Origin: SAR202 cluster bacterium
Lineage (GTDB): Bacteria > Chloroflexota > Dehalococcoidia > Lucifugimonadales > GCA-2712585
Assembly: GCA_016872285.1 (NCBI GenBank)
Contig: VGZZ01000001.1
Coordinates: 101,536 to 165,535, forward strand
Length of the DNA stretch: 64,000 bases
Direction of reading: 5' to 3'
A program made the position numbers and the translations under genes. Below the pieces are notes generated by a model. It ran no database searches and was not told the origin of the DNA. It saw only the letters and a program-made list of their open reading frames with translations. Shown here one piece after another: positions 9,975 to 17,992 of this stretch; position 1 is the first letter of the stretch, and every line of letters starts with the position of its first letter.

Positions 9975-10146
9975 GGTTCTCCCCCTTCGGCCTGGAAGAG
10001 CTCCGCTACCTTAAAGCATATATCGCGGAGTCCGATGCAATAGGACCGTCCTGAGTATGCCGAAGGAGTGGGTTGTGGTTCCTTACTTCTCTTCCCCTTC
10101 CAGCAGGAAGGGGACAAAGGGGATGGTATCCCGATTTAAGACAGGC
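9975..10146 (+). repeat. Mosaic hairpin repeat R1 (D module + C module)
   Basis: The D module contains CTCCCCCTTCGGC...CTCCGC-N18-GCGGAG...GTCCGATGCAATAGGAC...GCCGAAGGAG. It is followed by CTTCCCCTTCCagcaGGAAGGGGAcaaaGGGGATGGTATCCC. Near-identical to 32371-32480. Confidence 0.85.
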
Positions 10147-10212
10147 CTCACCTCCAAAGCCAAACATAGCCCAAGATGATAGTTTCCCCACCCCCTGTGC
10201 TAAAATACCCCC

Positions 10213-10701
10213 GTGGCCTCATCCAAGCTAATCTATTCGGAAAAACACCGCAGCGCCCTCATAACCACCCTTCTGGGCCTCCTGGGCCTGGCTTTGATAA
10301 TCATAGCCCTCGTGGCCGCCGGCATGTCCGCTGTGGGGACCCGAGACCTCTGGAGTGACGCCGCCTTTTCCCTTGCTCTGGGCTTAGTTCTGGCAGGCAG
10401 CCACTGGTTCTTGGTGCCGCGAGAATATCAAGTTTACAGCGACCGCCTCGTTGTCACCTATGGTCGTCCCCGCATCCTCTCCGTCCCTTTCGACAACGTA
10501 GCCAGCGTCGACGTGCTTACCCACCCTCTGGGGACCGAGCTTCGAATACGACGCGCCCGTGGCAGGACTCTGCTATTGCAGCCCCTAGGCCCCAAACAGT
10601 TCCACCAAGCCCTGCAAGATGCCCTCTCAAAATCTGGAGTTGCGCCTAAAAATCCCATCCCCTCTTCGCAGGGCTTCCCGCCCACCAACCCCAAAAGCTA
10701 G
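10213..10701 (+). CDS. Membrane protein with bacterial PH-like (DUF304-like) C-terminal domain
   Basis: Two predicted TM helices followed by a small beta-rich domain. GTG start. Weak family assignment. Confidence 0.4.
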   Translation: MASSKLIYSEKHRSALITTLLGLLGLALIIIALVAAGMSAVGTRDLWSDAAFSLALGLVLAGSHWFLVPREYQVYSDRLVVTYGRPRILSVPFDNVASVDVLTHPLGTELRIRRARGRTLLLQPLGPKQFHQALQDALSKSGVAPKNPIPSSQGFPPTNPKS

Positions 10702-11360
10702 CCCTCCCTCCTAGCGCGCACCACGTAGGTACCAGCCATTTTGTCGTGCCACCCTTGCTTCCTCCCATCTAACGCCGCCCACACGTACCCAAACCCCAAC
10801 GTTAACTCTGAAACTATCTTTCCGGGAACTTCTCTTACAAATGCTGTGCCAACGCTGGGCTGTTGTCCGTTCCGATCCACCACCTTAGCCCCCACCAGCA
10901 TCTTTCCAGGCGTCGTCCCCTTGAAGCCGATAAACAGTGTATTGTAGACCCACCTCACAGCTAGTGCGATAAAAAAGCCCAGGCCAAAACCAATGCCCTC
11001 ATCAGTGACCGCGACTGCTAGACCCAAAAACCCCAAAACAACAGTCTGTATGACAAATAGAATGACTCCGTCCACTATCGCCGCCACCAGCCGGATCCAG
11101 AACCCCATGTATTCCGCCCCCGCCGCTTCCGGGACCGTCGTTGGTTCCGCCGATGCAGCCTGCGACGGCGGCGTCACTAGCAACTTGCCGCAGCTCGCGC
11201 AGTACAGCGCATCCCACGGACTTACCACGCCGCACGCCGGGCACGTCACCGGCTCCTGCGACACCGGCTGAGGCTCTAGGTACGCCAGCCACACTCCGCA
11301 TCCCACGCACCTCCACTTGCCCCGTCCATTTGACAATCCGCATCTACGGCACCCTGTCAT
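10698..11360 (-). CDS. RDD-family membrane protein with two N-terminal zinc ribbons
   Basis: CRRCG...CVGCG and CPACG...CASCG ribbons, then an RDD-like TM domain (GFWIRLVAAIVDGVILFV). Confidence 0.7.
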   Translation of the reverse strand: MTGCRRCGLSNGRGKWRCVGCGVWLAYLEPQPVSQEPVTCPACGVVSPWDALYCASCGKLLVTPPSQAASAEPTTVPEAAGAEYMGFWIRLVAAIVDGVILFVIQTVVLGFLGLAVAVTDEGIGFGLGFFIALAVRWVYNTLFIGFKGTTPGKMLVGAKVVDRNGQQPSVGTAFVREVPGKIVSELTLGFGYVWAALDGRKQGWHDKMAGTYVVRARREG

Positions 11361-13580
11361 CTATCCCTCTCCCAACGCCCGCTGCAACCCGCTCCTCCAC
11401 GCCCCCTCCGCCTCCGACAGCGAGAGGTCTACCAATCGGCCAATCTTCACTCCTTGTCCCTTCACCGTTCCCAACACCACCATCGGCACGTCCGCCTTCT
11501 CGGCCATCGCTTCCAGACGCTTCAGCCGCTGCGGCGCTATCGACACCACCATCCTGGACTGCGCCTCCCCGAAAAGAGCCGCGTCCCACCGACCCCGCAC
11601 CTCTATATCCCCCTCAAACCCCATCCCGTCGACTATCGCGCACTCCGCCAGCGCCACCGCCAGCCCGCCGTCCGAGCAGTCGTGCGCCGATGCTATTATC
11701 CCCGCCTCAATGCCGCGTCTGCACAGCGCCTGCGCCCTCGCCTCCAGCGACAGGTCAATCGACGGCCTGCCGGCCACAAGCCCGTGAAATATCTCTAGAT
11801 ACTCGCTCCCTGCCAGGTCCGCCGCCTTCCCCCGCACCCCCTCCGCTCCCAGCAGCACAACCACGTCACCCTCTCGCTTGAACCCTTGCCCAACATATCG
11901 ACTCCCATCCTCCAGCAGGCCCAGCGCCCCCACGACTGGAGTCGGGTATACCGCCTCACCTCTCGTCTCGTTATAAAGGCTCACATTGCCGCTCACCACA
12001 GGCACGCCCAGCGCATTGCACGCCTTGGCAATGCCTCGAATGCACCACTCCAGTTGATAATAAATCTCCGGCTTGTCTGGGTTGCCAAAGTTCAAGCAGT
12101 CCGTCAACGCTATAGGCTCCGCCCCCACGCACGACACGTTGCGGCAGGCCTCCGCCGCTGCTATCGCGCCCCCTCGATACGGGTCCAGCCAGCACAGCCG
12201 TCCATTACCGTCCGTCGACAGCGCAATGCTCTTCTTCGTGCCTTTTATTCGAAGCACCGCCGCGTCGCCGCGACCCGGCGGGACCACTGTATTGGTCTGC
12301 ACCTGGTGGTCATACTGCCTGTACACGAACTCCTTGCTGGCAATGTTCGGCGACGCCAGCAGTTTCAGTAATACCTCCGACGGCTTCTCCTTCGGCAGCG
12401 GCAGCTTGGCTAATGGGTACTCCTGCGCCCTCAGTACTTCATCAGATATGACCCCCTTCAGCCGGTACAGCTTGGGGTGAGTCAGCGCATGCACCGGCAG
12501 GTCCGCCACCGGCTTCCTTCCCTCCACAATCCTCACTCTATCCCCATCTACCACCCTACCCAGCTCCACCCACGGCAGGTCCCACTTCTTCAGCACCGTC
12601 GCTATCTTGTCCTTATTCTCAGGCCTCACCACCAGCAGCATCCGCTCCTGCGACTCCGATAGCATGACCTCGTACGGCGTCATCCCTTCCTCGCGGCGGT
12701 GCACCTTTGACACGTCCACCACTACGCCCCTGCCTCCCCGCTCCGCCGACTCCACCGTCGAGCTGGTCAGCCCCGCCGCGCCCAGGTCCTGAATGCCGAT
12801 TAAACACCCTGTTTCAGCAGCCTCCAGGCAGGCCTCTATCAAAACCTTCTCCAAGAACGGGTTCCCCACCTGCACCGTAGGCCGCATCTCCTTCTCTTCC
12901 TCAAAAGTCCGCGACGCCAGCCCCGACGCCCCGTGTATCCCATCTCTCCCAGTGTCCGACCCCACCAGCAGCAGCAGGTTCCCCGTCCCACCGACGGTCG
13001 CCCGAGCCAGCTTCCGCTTCTCCACTAACCCTACGCACAGCGCGTTCACCAGCGGGTTGCCGCTATACGGCTTGCCGAACTGTATCTCCCCGCCCACGTC
13101 AGGCACCCCTATGCAGTTGCCGTACCACGATATTCCACCCACTACACCGCCAAACAGATGTCTGTTGCGGCCCTCCGCCAGCGGCCCAAACCGCAGTGAG
13201 TTCATCAGCGCTATCGGCCTTGCCCCCATCGCCAGTATGTCCCGCACTATCCCTCCCACCCCTGTCGCCGCCCCCTGAAAAGGTTCGATGGCCGACGGGT
13301 GGTTGTGCGATTCAATTTTGAACACTACCGCTAGCCCGTCGCCAATATCCACCGCCCCGGCGTTCTCCGCCCCCGGCGGCAGCAGCACCCTCGGGCTCTT
13401 GGAAGGAAAAAGCCGCAGCAGTGGCTTAGAGTGTTTATACCCGCAGTGCTCGCTCCACAAGGCGCCAAACATCCCCAGTTCCACCGGGTTCGGCTCTCTG
13501 TCTAAGAGATCGACGATAGCCTGGTATTCCTCCTGCGTGAGGGCTATCTCATCCAGGACTGCTTTAGATACAGGACTCAT
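11361..13580 (-). CDS. purL: Phosphoribosylformylglycinamidine synthase subunit II
   Basis: MSPVSKAVLDEIALTQEEY...GMFGALWSEHCGYKHSK. The start at 13580 overlaps the upstream stop (ATGA, 13577-13580). The 144-codon extension in the ORF track overlaps the EamA gene and was discarded. Confidence 0.95.
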   Translation of the reverse strand: MSPVSKAVLDEIALTQEEYQAIVDLLDREPNPVELGMFGALWSEHCGYKHSKPLLRLFPSKSPRVLLPPGAENAGAVDIGDGLAVVFKIESHNHPSAIEPFQGAATGVGGIVRDILAMGARPIALMNSLRFGPLAEGRNRHLFGGVVGGISWYGNCIGVPDVGGEIQFGKPYSGNPLVNALCVGLVEKRKLARATVGGTGNLLLLVGSDTGRDGIHGASGLASRTFEEEKEMRPTVQVGNPFLEKVLIEACLEAAETGCLIGIQDLGAAGLTSSTVESAERGGRGVVVDVSKVHRREEGMTPYEVMLSESQERMLLVVRPENKDKIATVLKKWDLPWVELGRVVDGDRVRIVEGRKPVADLPVHALTHPKLYRLKGVISDEVLRAQEYPLAKLPLPKEKPSEVLLKLLASPNIASKEFVYRQYDHQVQTNTVVPPGRGDAAVLRIKGTKKSIALSTDGNGRLCWLDPYRGGAIAAAEACRNVSCVGAEPIALTDCLNFGNPDKPEIYYQLEWCIRGIAKACNALGVPVVSGNVSLYNETRGEAVYPTPVVGALGLLEDGSRYVGQGFKREGDVVVLLGAEGVRGKAADLAGSEYLEIFHGLVAGRPSIDLSLEARAQALCRRGIEAGIIASAHDCSDGGLAVALAECAIVDGMGFEGDIEVRGRWDAALFGEAQSRMVVSIAPQRLKRLEAMAEKADVPMVVLGTVKGQGVKIGRLVDLSLSEAEGAWRSGLQRALGEG

Positions 13581-14047
13581 AGCAAAGTGCTCCCCAGAAT
13601 AACCATAAGGACTCCGCTCAGGGCCATGGCAGTGCCCAGCACAACCCTCAGAGTAACACGCTCCAGCCTCTGAAGGAATAAGTGCGCCATGGTCAGCGTG
13701 AAAATCGGGTTTAGCGACGCCACGGGCGTCACCACTGCCACCGGCGCCTTGCTTAACGCCGACACCAGCAGCGTCACCGCCCCACCTGATGTCACCCCTG
13801 CCAGCACCATGAACCCAAAATACCGCCGCGGCTCCCCGGCATGCTTTGGCATCGACTTCGCCGATATTAGCATCATCACCAGCGCCCCAAAGAACAGCCC
13901 CATAGACGTGAACAGTATCGGCGGCACGTCGTAGTCCTTCATTCCCTTCTTGGCGATGACCTGGCTCGCGCCGTAGCACATAGCCGAAAGCACCGCCAGC
14001 GCTGCTCCCCACAACAGCCGCCGATTCGAGCCGGCCCTAGTCTGCAC
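13577..14047 (-). CDS. EamA/DMT-family transporter, half-size (second of an adjacent pair)
   Basis: 156 aa with about 5 TM helices forming a single EamA-like domain. The GTG start overlaps the upstream half-gene by 11 nt. Confidence 0.65.
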   Translation of the reverse strand: MQTRAGSNRRLLWGAALAVLSAMCYGASQVIAKKGMKDYDVPPILFTSMGLFFGALVMMLISAKSMPKHAGEPRRYFGFMVLAGVTSGGAVTLLVSALSKAPVAVVTPVASLNPIFTLTMAHLFLQRLERVTLRVVLGTAMALSGVLMVILGSTLL

Positions 14048-14495
14048 TTAGTTCCTCGCTCGGCCTATTTCGGCTCTCGCTGACTATCAACGCCATCCCT
14101 GACACCGACATCAATATCCCCAGACCCATTAGCCAGTTGGGCCGCTCGTCTAGGAACAGCATCGCCATCAGCGTCGCGAATATTGGGCTGATGGATATGA
14201 TCGGCGACGTCCTCGCCGCCCCCGCGATGCTCAACGCCATGTATAAAATGAGCCGCGCCAGCGCAAAGGTGACTACACCATAAAAGAAGGCCCACAAAAA
14301 CGCTCTGGGGTCCAGCGCCGTCAGATCGTCAAAATATAGTGTCAACGCCAGCGCCGATGTAACCATGAACCCCGTCAGCACCGATATGAACGCCCCCAGC
14401 GCCGGCGGCAGCCGTTGCAGTCCTAAACGGGCGAAAATATCGGACGAGCTGAAGCCGAAAAGGGACAGAAAGGCTAGTAGGATGCCCAGGGCCAT
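14037..14495 (-). CDS. EamA/DMT-family transporter, half-size (first of an adjacent pair)
   Basis: 152 aa with about 5 TM helices forming a single EamA-like domain. Ends in TAG at 14037-14039. Confidence 0.65.
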   Translation of the reverse strand: MALGILLAFLSLFGFSSSDIFARLGLQRLPPALGAFISVLTGFMVTSALALTLYFDDLTALDPRAFLWAFFYGVVTFALARLILYMALSIAGAARTSPIISISPIFATLMAMLFLDERPNWLMGLGILMSVSGMALIVSESRNRPSEELSAD

Positions 14496-14500
14496 CTAGG

Positions 14501-15196
14501 TTAGCGTTTTACCAGGCTCTGGACCGTCGAACGAAAGATATACAACCCGTCCGACCCGCCCATCAACTCCTCTACCGCCCTCTCCGGGTGCGGCATCATC
14601 CCCAGCACGTTCCCCCGCTTGTTCACTATCCCCGCAATGTTCCTCGCCGACCCGTTAGGGTTGGCCTCTGGCGTCACCTCGCCTTTAGGCGTGGAGTACC
14701 TGAACACCACCTGGCTGTTGGCCTCCAACTGGTCCAGCGTGGCCGGGTCCGCGTAATAATTCCCCTCGCCATGGGATATGGGTATGTGCAGCACCTGCCC
14801 CGGCTCGCAGTCCAAAGTGAAAGGCGTATTCGTGTTTTCCACCCGCAGGTCCGTCGACTGGCACCGGAACTGTAGGCTCACGTTTCGCATCAGTACTCCA
14901 GGCAGCAGTCCAGCCTCGCACAGCAATTGGAATCCATTGCATATCCCAATCACCAGCCCGCCCTTCCCGGCAAACTCCCCCACCGACTCCATAATCGGCG
15001 AGAACCGCGCCACCGCCCCGCACCTCAAATAGTCGCCATAAGAAAACCCGCCAGGCAGAATAATACAGTCATAGCCCGACAGGTCCGTATCCTTGTGCCA
15101 CAGATACTTGGCCTCTTCCCCCAGCACATTCTTCACGGCGTGATAGCAGTCACCATCGCTCCAAGTCCCGGGGAAGACCACAACTCCAAAACGCAT
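14501..15196 (-). CDS. purQ: Phosphoribosylformylglycinamidine synthase, glutamine amidotransferase subunit
   Basis: Class I amidotransferase motifs GICNGFQLL (catalytic Cys) and PISHGEGNY. Confidence 0.95.
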   Translation of the reverse strand: MRFGVVVFPGTWSDGDCYHAVKNVLGEEAKYLWHKDTDLSGYDCIILPGGFSYGDYLRCGAVARFSPIMESVGEFAGKGGLVIGICNGFQLLCEAGLLPGVLMRNVSLQFRCQSTDLRVENTNTPFTLDCEPGQVLHIPISHGEGNYYADPATLDQLEANSQVVFRYSTPKGEVTPEANPNGSARNIAGIVNKRGNVLGMMPHPERAVEELMGGSDGLYIFRSTVQSLVKR

Positions 15197-15201
15197 ACTC
15201 T

Positions 15202-15417
15202 CTATTCTTTCTCCTCTGACAACGTCACCTTTAACGGCAAACCTTTAATATTGATCATTCCTAATGTCGAGAAGTCAAGTAATCTGCCCTTTGAATCTAT
15301 TTTCTTCATTACCCTATCGTCCTCGGTCTCTTGAAAGTAACCCTGATGTCGCTCAAGAACGACTTCTAAGAAGTCTCCCTCAGAGTCATACCACACTTCT
15401 ATCAGCTTTTTGGTCAT
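15202..15417 (-). CDS. DUF2283-family small protein
   Basis: 71 aa ([15 protein letters not shown]...[15 protein letters not shown]). Visibly AT-richer than its neighbours. Confidence 0.55.
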   Translation of the reverse strand: MTKKLIEVWYDSEGDFLEVVLERHQGYFQETEDDRVMKKIDSKGRLLDFSTLGMINIKGLPLKVTLSEEKE

Positions 15418-15529
15418 GTTTATTTATATGAAGACCTCGCGTTGCCTACCCTCTTCCTTCTTTCTCTCTTGAATGCCTGGTGCTAATTTTGGATTGAGAT
15501 GAACAAAAGGTGTGATGGCCCCCAAGGAA

Positions 15530-15650
15530 ATCCCTTCTCCCCTTGTAGGAGAAGGCGCAGGTCGAAGACTCGCCGTGGCGAGATGAGGGGGAAGCCCTAG
15601 AGACGCAATACGAATAGCAGAGCTAACAATCCTCTTGTTTCTTTCACTCA
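15530..15650 (+). repeat. F-family repeat F1
   Basis: CCCTTCTCCCCTTGTAGGAGAAGGCGCAGG...GATGAGGGGGAAGCCCTAGAG. Confidence 0.7.
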
Positions 15651-15680
15651 GCATTTAAGCTCTATTATATCTAACGTCCG

Positions 15681-16136
15681 CTATCCTCCCATCCCTTCCA
15701 GCATCTTTGTCACCACCTCATTCACCACTCCACCCTCGGCCTTTCCCTTGGTCTGCGGCATCAGCCTCCCCATCACCTTCCCCTTGTCAGCCGGCCCCTT
15801 GGCCCCCACCTCCGACACCACCCTCCTCGCCAGCGACTCCACCTCCGCTCTGCTCATCTGCTGCGGCAGGTACTCCTGAAGGATAGCCGCCTCCTTCTCC
15901 TCCTTGTCCACCAGGTCCTGCCGCTTGCCCTGCTTGTACAATTCAATCGCCTCGCGACGCTGCTTAATGCCCTTGGCGACTAGTTCATGAACGCCCGCGT
16001 CATCCAGCGGCTTCTGCTTATCGATCTCCTCGTAATTGATACTACTCCGCAGCATCCGTATCACTGACAAGCGAAGCTGGTCTCCCTTCTTCATCGCCTC
16101 CAGCTGGTCAGCCTGCAGCTTCTCCTTAAGCGCCAT
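15681..16136 (-). CDS. GatB/YqeY domain protein
   Basis: 151 aa with the YqeY-like pattern (LKEKLQADQLEAMKKGD...EYLPQQMS...GKVMG). Confidence 0.85.
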   Translation of the reverse strand: MALKEKLQADQLEAMKKGDQLRLSVIRMLRSSINYEEIDKQKPLDDAGVHELVAKGIKQRREAIELYKQGKRQDLVDKEEKEAAILQEYLPQQMSRAEVESLARRVVSEVGAKGPADKGKVMGRLMPQTKGKAEGGVVNEVVTKMLEGMGG

Positions 16137-16145
16137 ATCCTCCCC

Positions 16146-16619
16146 TTATTTCCGCCGAATCTGCTTCATTAAATTCGCCATCTCCACCGCTGTCTCCGCC
16201 GCCTCCTGCCCCTTGTTCCCCATAGCCCCCCCGGCCCTGTCCATAGCCTGCTTCATATTCTCGGTGGTCAGCACACCCGTGATAACCGGCACCCCTGTGT
16301 CCACCGCCACCCGCGCGATGGCCGCGGTGCTCTGCGTCGCCACCACCTCGTAATGTCCCGTCTCCCCTCGAATAACACAGCCCAGGCATATCACCGCATC
16401 GTACATCTTGGACTCCGCCAGCGCTTTCGCCGCCACCCCCAGCTCCAGCGACCCTGGCACATGGCACACCGTCACATCCTCTTCCTTGACCTCAAGACCC
16501 CTGAGGGCCTTCACCGCCCCATCCAGGAGCTTGTGCGTCACCATATCGTTAAAACGGGAAACTACAATGGCAAACCTAAGTCCCTGTCCCTCTAAAGAAC
16601 CCTTAATCTCTTTGGACAA
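16146..16619 (-). CDS. ribH: 6,7-dimethyl-8-ribityllumazine synthase
   Basis: 157 aa. FAIVVSRFNDMVT...VPGSLELGV...GVLTTEN is typical of lumazine synthase. Confidence 0.95.
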   Translation of the reverse strand: MSKEIKGSLEGQGLRFAIVVSRFNDMVTHKLLDGAVKALRGLEVKEEDVTVCHVPGSLELGVAAKALAESKMYDAVICLGCVIRGETGHYEVVATQSTAAIARVAVDTGVPVITGVLTTENMKQAMDRAGGAMGNKGQEAAETAVEMANLMKQIRRK

Positions 16620-16623
16620 GAGC

Positions 16624-17325
16624 CTAGCTCCCCTTCTTTTCCGCCTCGGGTTCCTTGTAACCCACCTGCATGACCTTCTCTAACAACTGCTGTTCCGGCA
16701 CGTTGCCGACGAACTGCGTCGTATTATTAATTACCGTTTTGGGCACCGCGCTTACGTTGTACATCCGCGCCATATGCGGAAACTCCTGCGCCTCGACAAC
16801 GTCGGCCCTAATCAGCTTGTTCTCTATCGACATCGCGTGGGCCAGCCTGGCCAACTGTGGGCAGTGGGGTCAAGTCGGCGTCACGAAGACCTGTATGTGA
16901 ACTGGCTGGTTTACCTTCCTTAGCTGCTTCCGTGTCTCCACAGACAGCGGGCTGACCTCCCTGGACAACGTCTCGATATCCTCCAGCAGCGTGGCAAATT
17001 CGTACCCCGCCGGTATTCCGAAATATCGCAGCCGCGGGCTTCCGTCAGACTCCAGGACAATGGCCGGCACCCGCTCGACAGCGTATTCGTCTCGCTCTTT
17101 GGTCTGGGTGAAGAAATCGTAGGTGTTCAAATGCAGTTTAGGAGAAAGCGCCGCCAGGTCTTCCATCAGTTCCTGTGTCTGGGGGCAGGTGGGGCACTCC
17201 CTCCCCGGCACCGTCAGCAGTGGCGATTGCCGCGAGACAAATAAATTAATTGTAACGTCCTTCTTAAGCTCCTTTTTGAAGCGGCGCTTTAGTTCGGTCT
17301 GGTCTTGTTCGGGGATTAGCGGCAT
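16624..17325 (-). CDS. Two-domain glutaredoxin-like protein disulfide oxidoreductase (PDO-type) with an in-frame TGA at the second CxxC; candidate selenoprotein
   Basis: ORFs 16870..17325 and 16624..16854 share one frame and are separated only by TGA plus five sense codons. Read-through gives VFVTPT-U-PHCPQLARLAHAM. The first fold has an intact CPTC. Confidence 0.6.
16837..16855 (-). promoter_or_regulatory. Weak candidate SECIS-like hairpin
   Basis: mRNA GUUGGCC-AGGCU-GGCCCAC lies 15-33 nt after the UGA. It has 4 G-C pairs plus 2 more pairs beyond a 1x1 mismatch, and a G-containing apical loop. Confidence 0.25.
16870..16872 (-). other. In-frame TGA at the position of the first Cys of a CxxC motif (candidate Sec codon)
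   Basis: Reverse complement reads ACG CCG ACT TGA CCC CAC TGC CCA, i.e. T P T * P H C P. Confidence 0.6.
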
Positions 17326-17377
17326 CTCATATCTCTGCTTTGGGGGACTAAAGCTAGTTTACACCAGCGCCTATACC

Positions 17378-17992
17378 TTATCCAGTTTTTATTCCTCTCC
17401 ATATATGCAGCAGCCGCGTGAGCATCGTCCACGTCGAAAAGAACGCTATTAATCCCAGCGCCAACAGCACCTCTGCTTCACCGATAACCAGCCCCGCCGA
17501 AAGTATCACCACCCGCTCGGGCCGCGTCATCAGACCGCCCTTCATGTCCAGCCCCAGCGCCTCCCCCCTCGCCCTCAAATAGCTGACGCCCTGCGAACTC
17601 GTGAAGGCCAGTATAAGCAGCGTCATATACACGCCTAGCTGCCTGGACTCCGGGTCGTCCGTGGCCCCATAAACCGCCAGCCCCAGGTACAGCGCCGATT
17701 CGCCCAGCCGGTCGAACAGCGAGTCCAGCAACGCCCCAAAAGTCGTAACCCTACCCGTCATCCTCGCCAAGGCCCCGTCGAACAAGTCCAACGCGCCTCC
17801 GGCTAGGAACACCAACCCGCCCTGCCACAAGAGTCCCATCCCCACCAGCGCCGCCCCCACCGCCGATATCAGGAAGCCAAGTATTGTGATGGAATTAGGA
17901 GTCAGACCAACGGCGTTTAACGCCTTTGCCCCGGGCTCCTCAATCCATTGCTTGAGTGAAGCTCTAAGCTTTTCTCGCAGCCGCTGCGCCAT
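17378..17992 (-). CDS. CDP-alcohol phosphatidyltransferase (phosphatidylinositol-phosphate synthase-like)
   Basis: Complete D-G-x2-A-R-x8-G-x3-D-x3-D motif (DGALARMTGRVTTFGALLDSLFD) in a multi-TM protein. Confidence 0.85.
   Translation of the reverse strand: MAQRLREKLRASLKQWIEEPGAKALNAVGLTPNSITILGFLISAVGAALVGMGLLWQGGLVFLAGGALDLFDGALARMTGRVTTFGALLDSLFDRLGESALYLGLAVYGATDDPESRQLGVYMTLLILAFTSSQGVSYLRARGEALGLDMKGGLMTRPERVVILSAGLVIGEAEVLLALGLIAFFSTWTMLTRLLHIWRGIKTG

Noticed and set aside
13581-14012. 144-codon N-terminal extension of purL in the ORF track
   Set aside because: It overlaps the EamA half-gene in another frame and has Gly/Ala-rich junk composition. The conserved PurL N-terminus begins at the ATG at 13580, which forms an ATGA overlap with the upstream stop.
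16870-16872. Treating the TGA in the PDO-like gene as an ordinary stop that defines two separate genes
   Set aside because: The downstream piece would start at a TTG with no SD and would begin in the middle of a thioredoxin fold, lacking its first active-site residue. A pseudogene or a sequencing error (TGC/TGT to TGA) remains a live alternative to selenocysteine and is stated in the finding.
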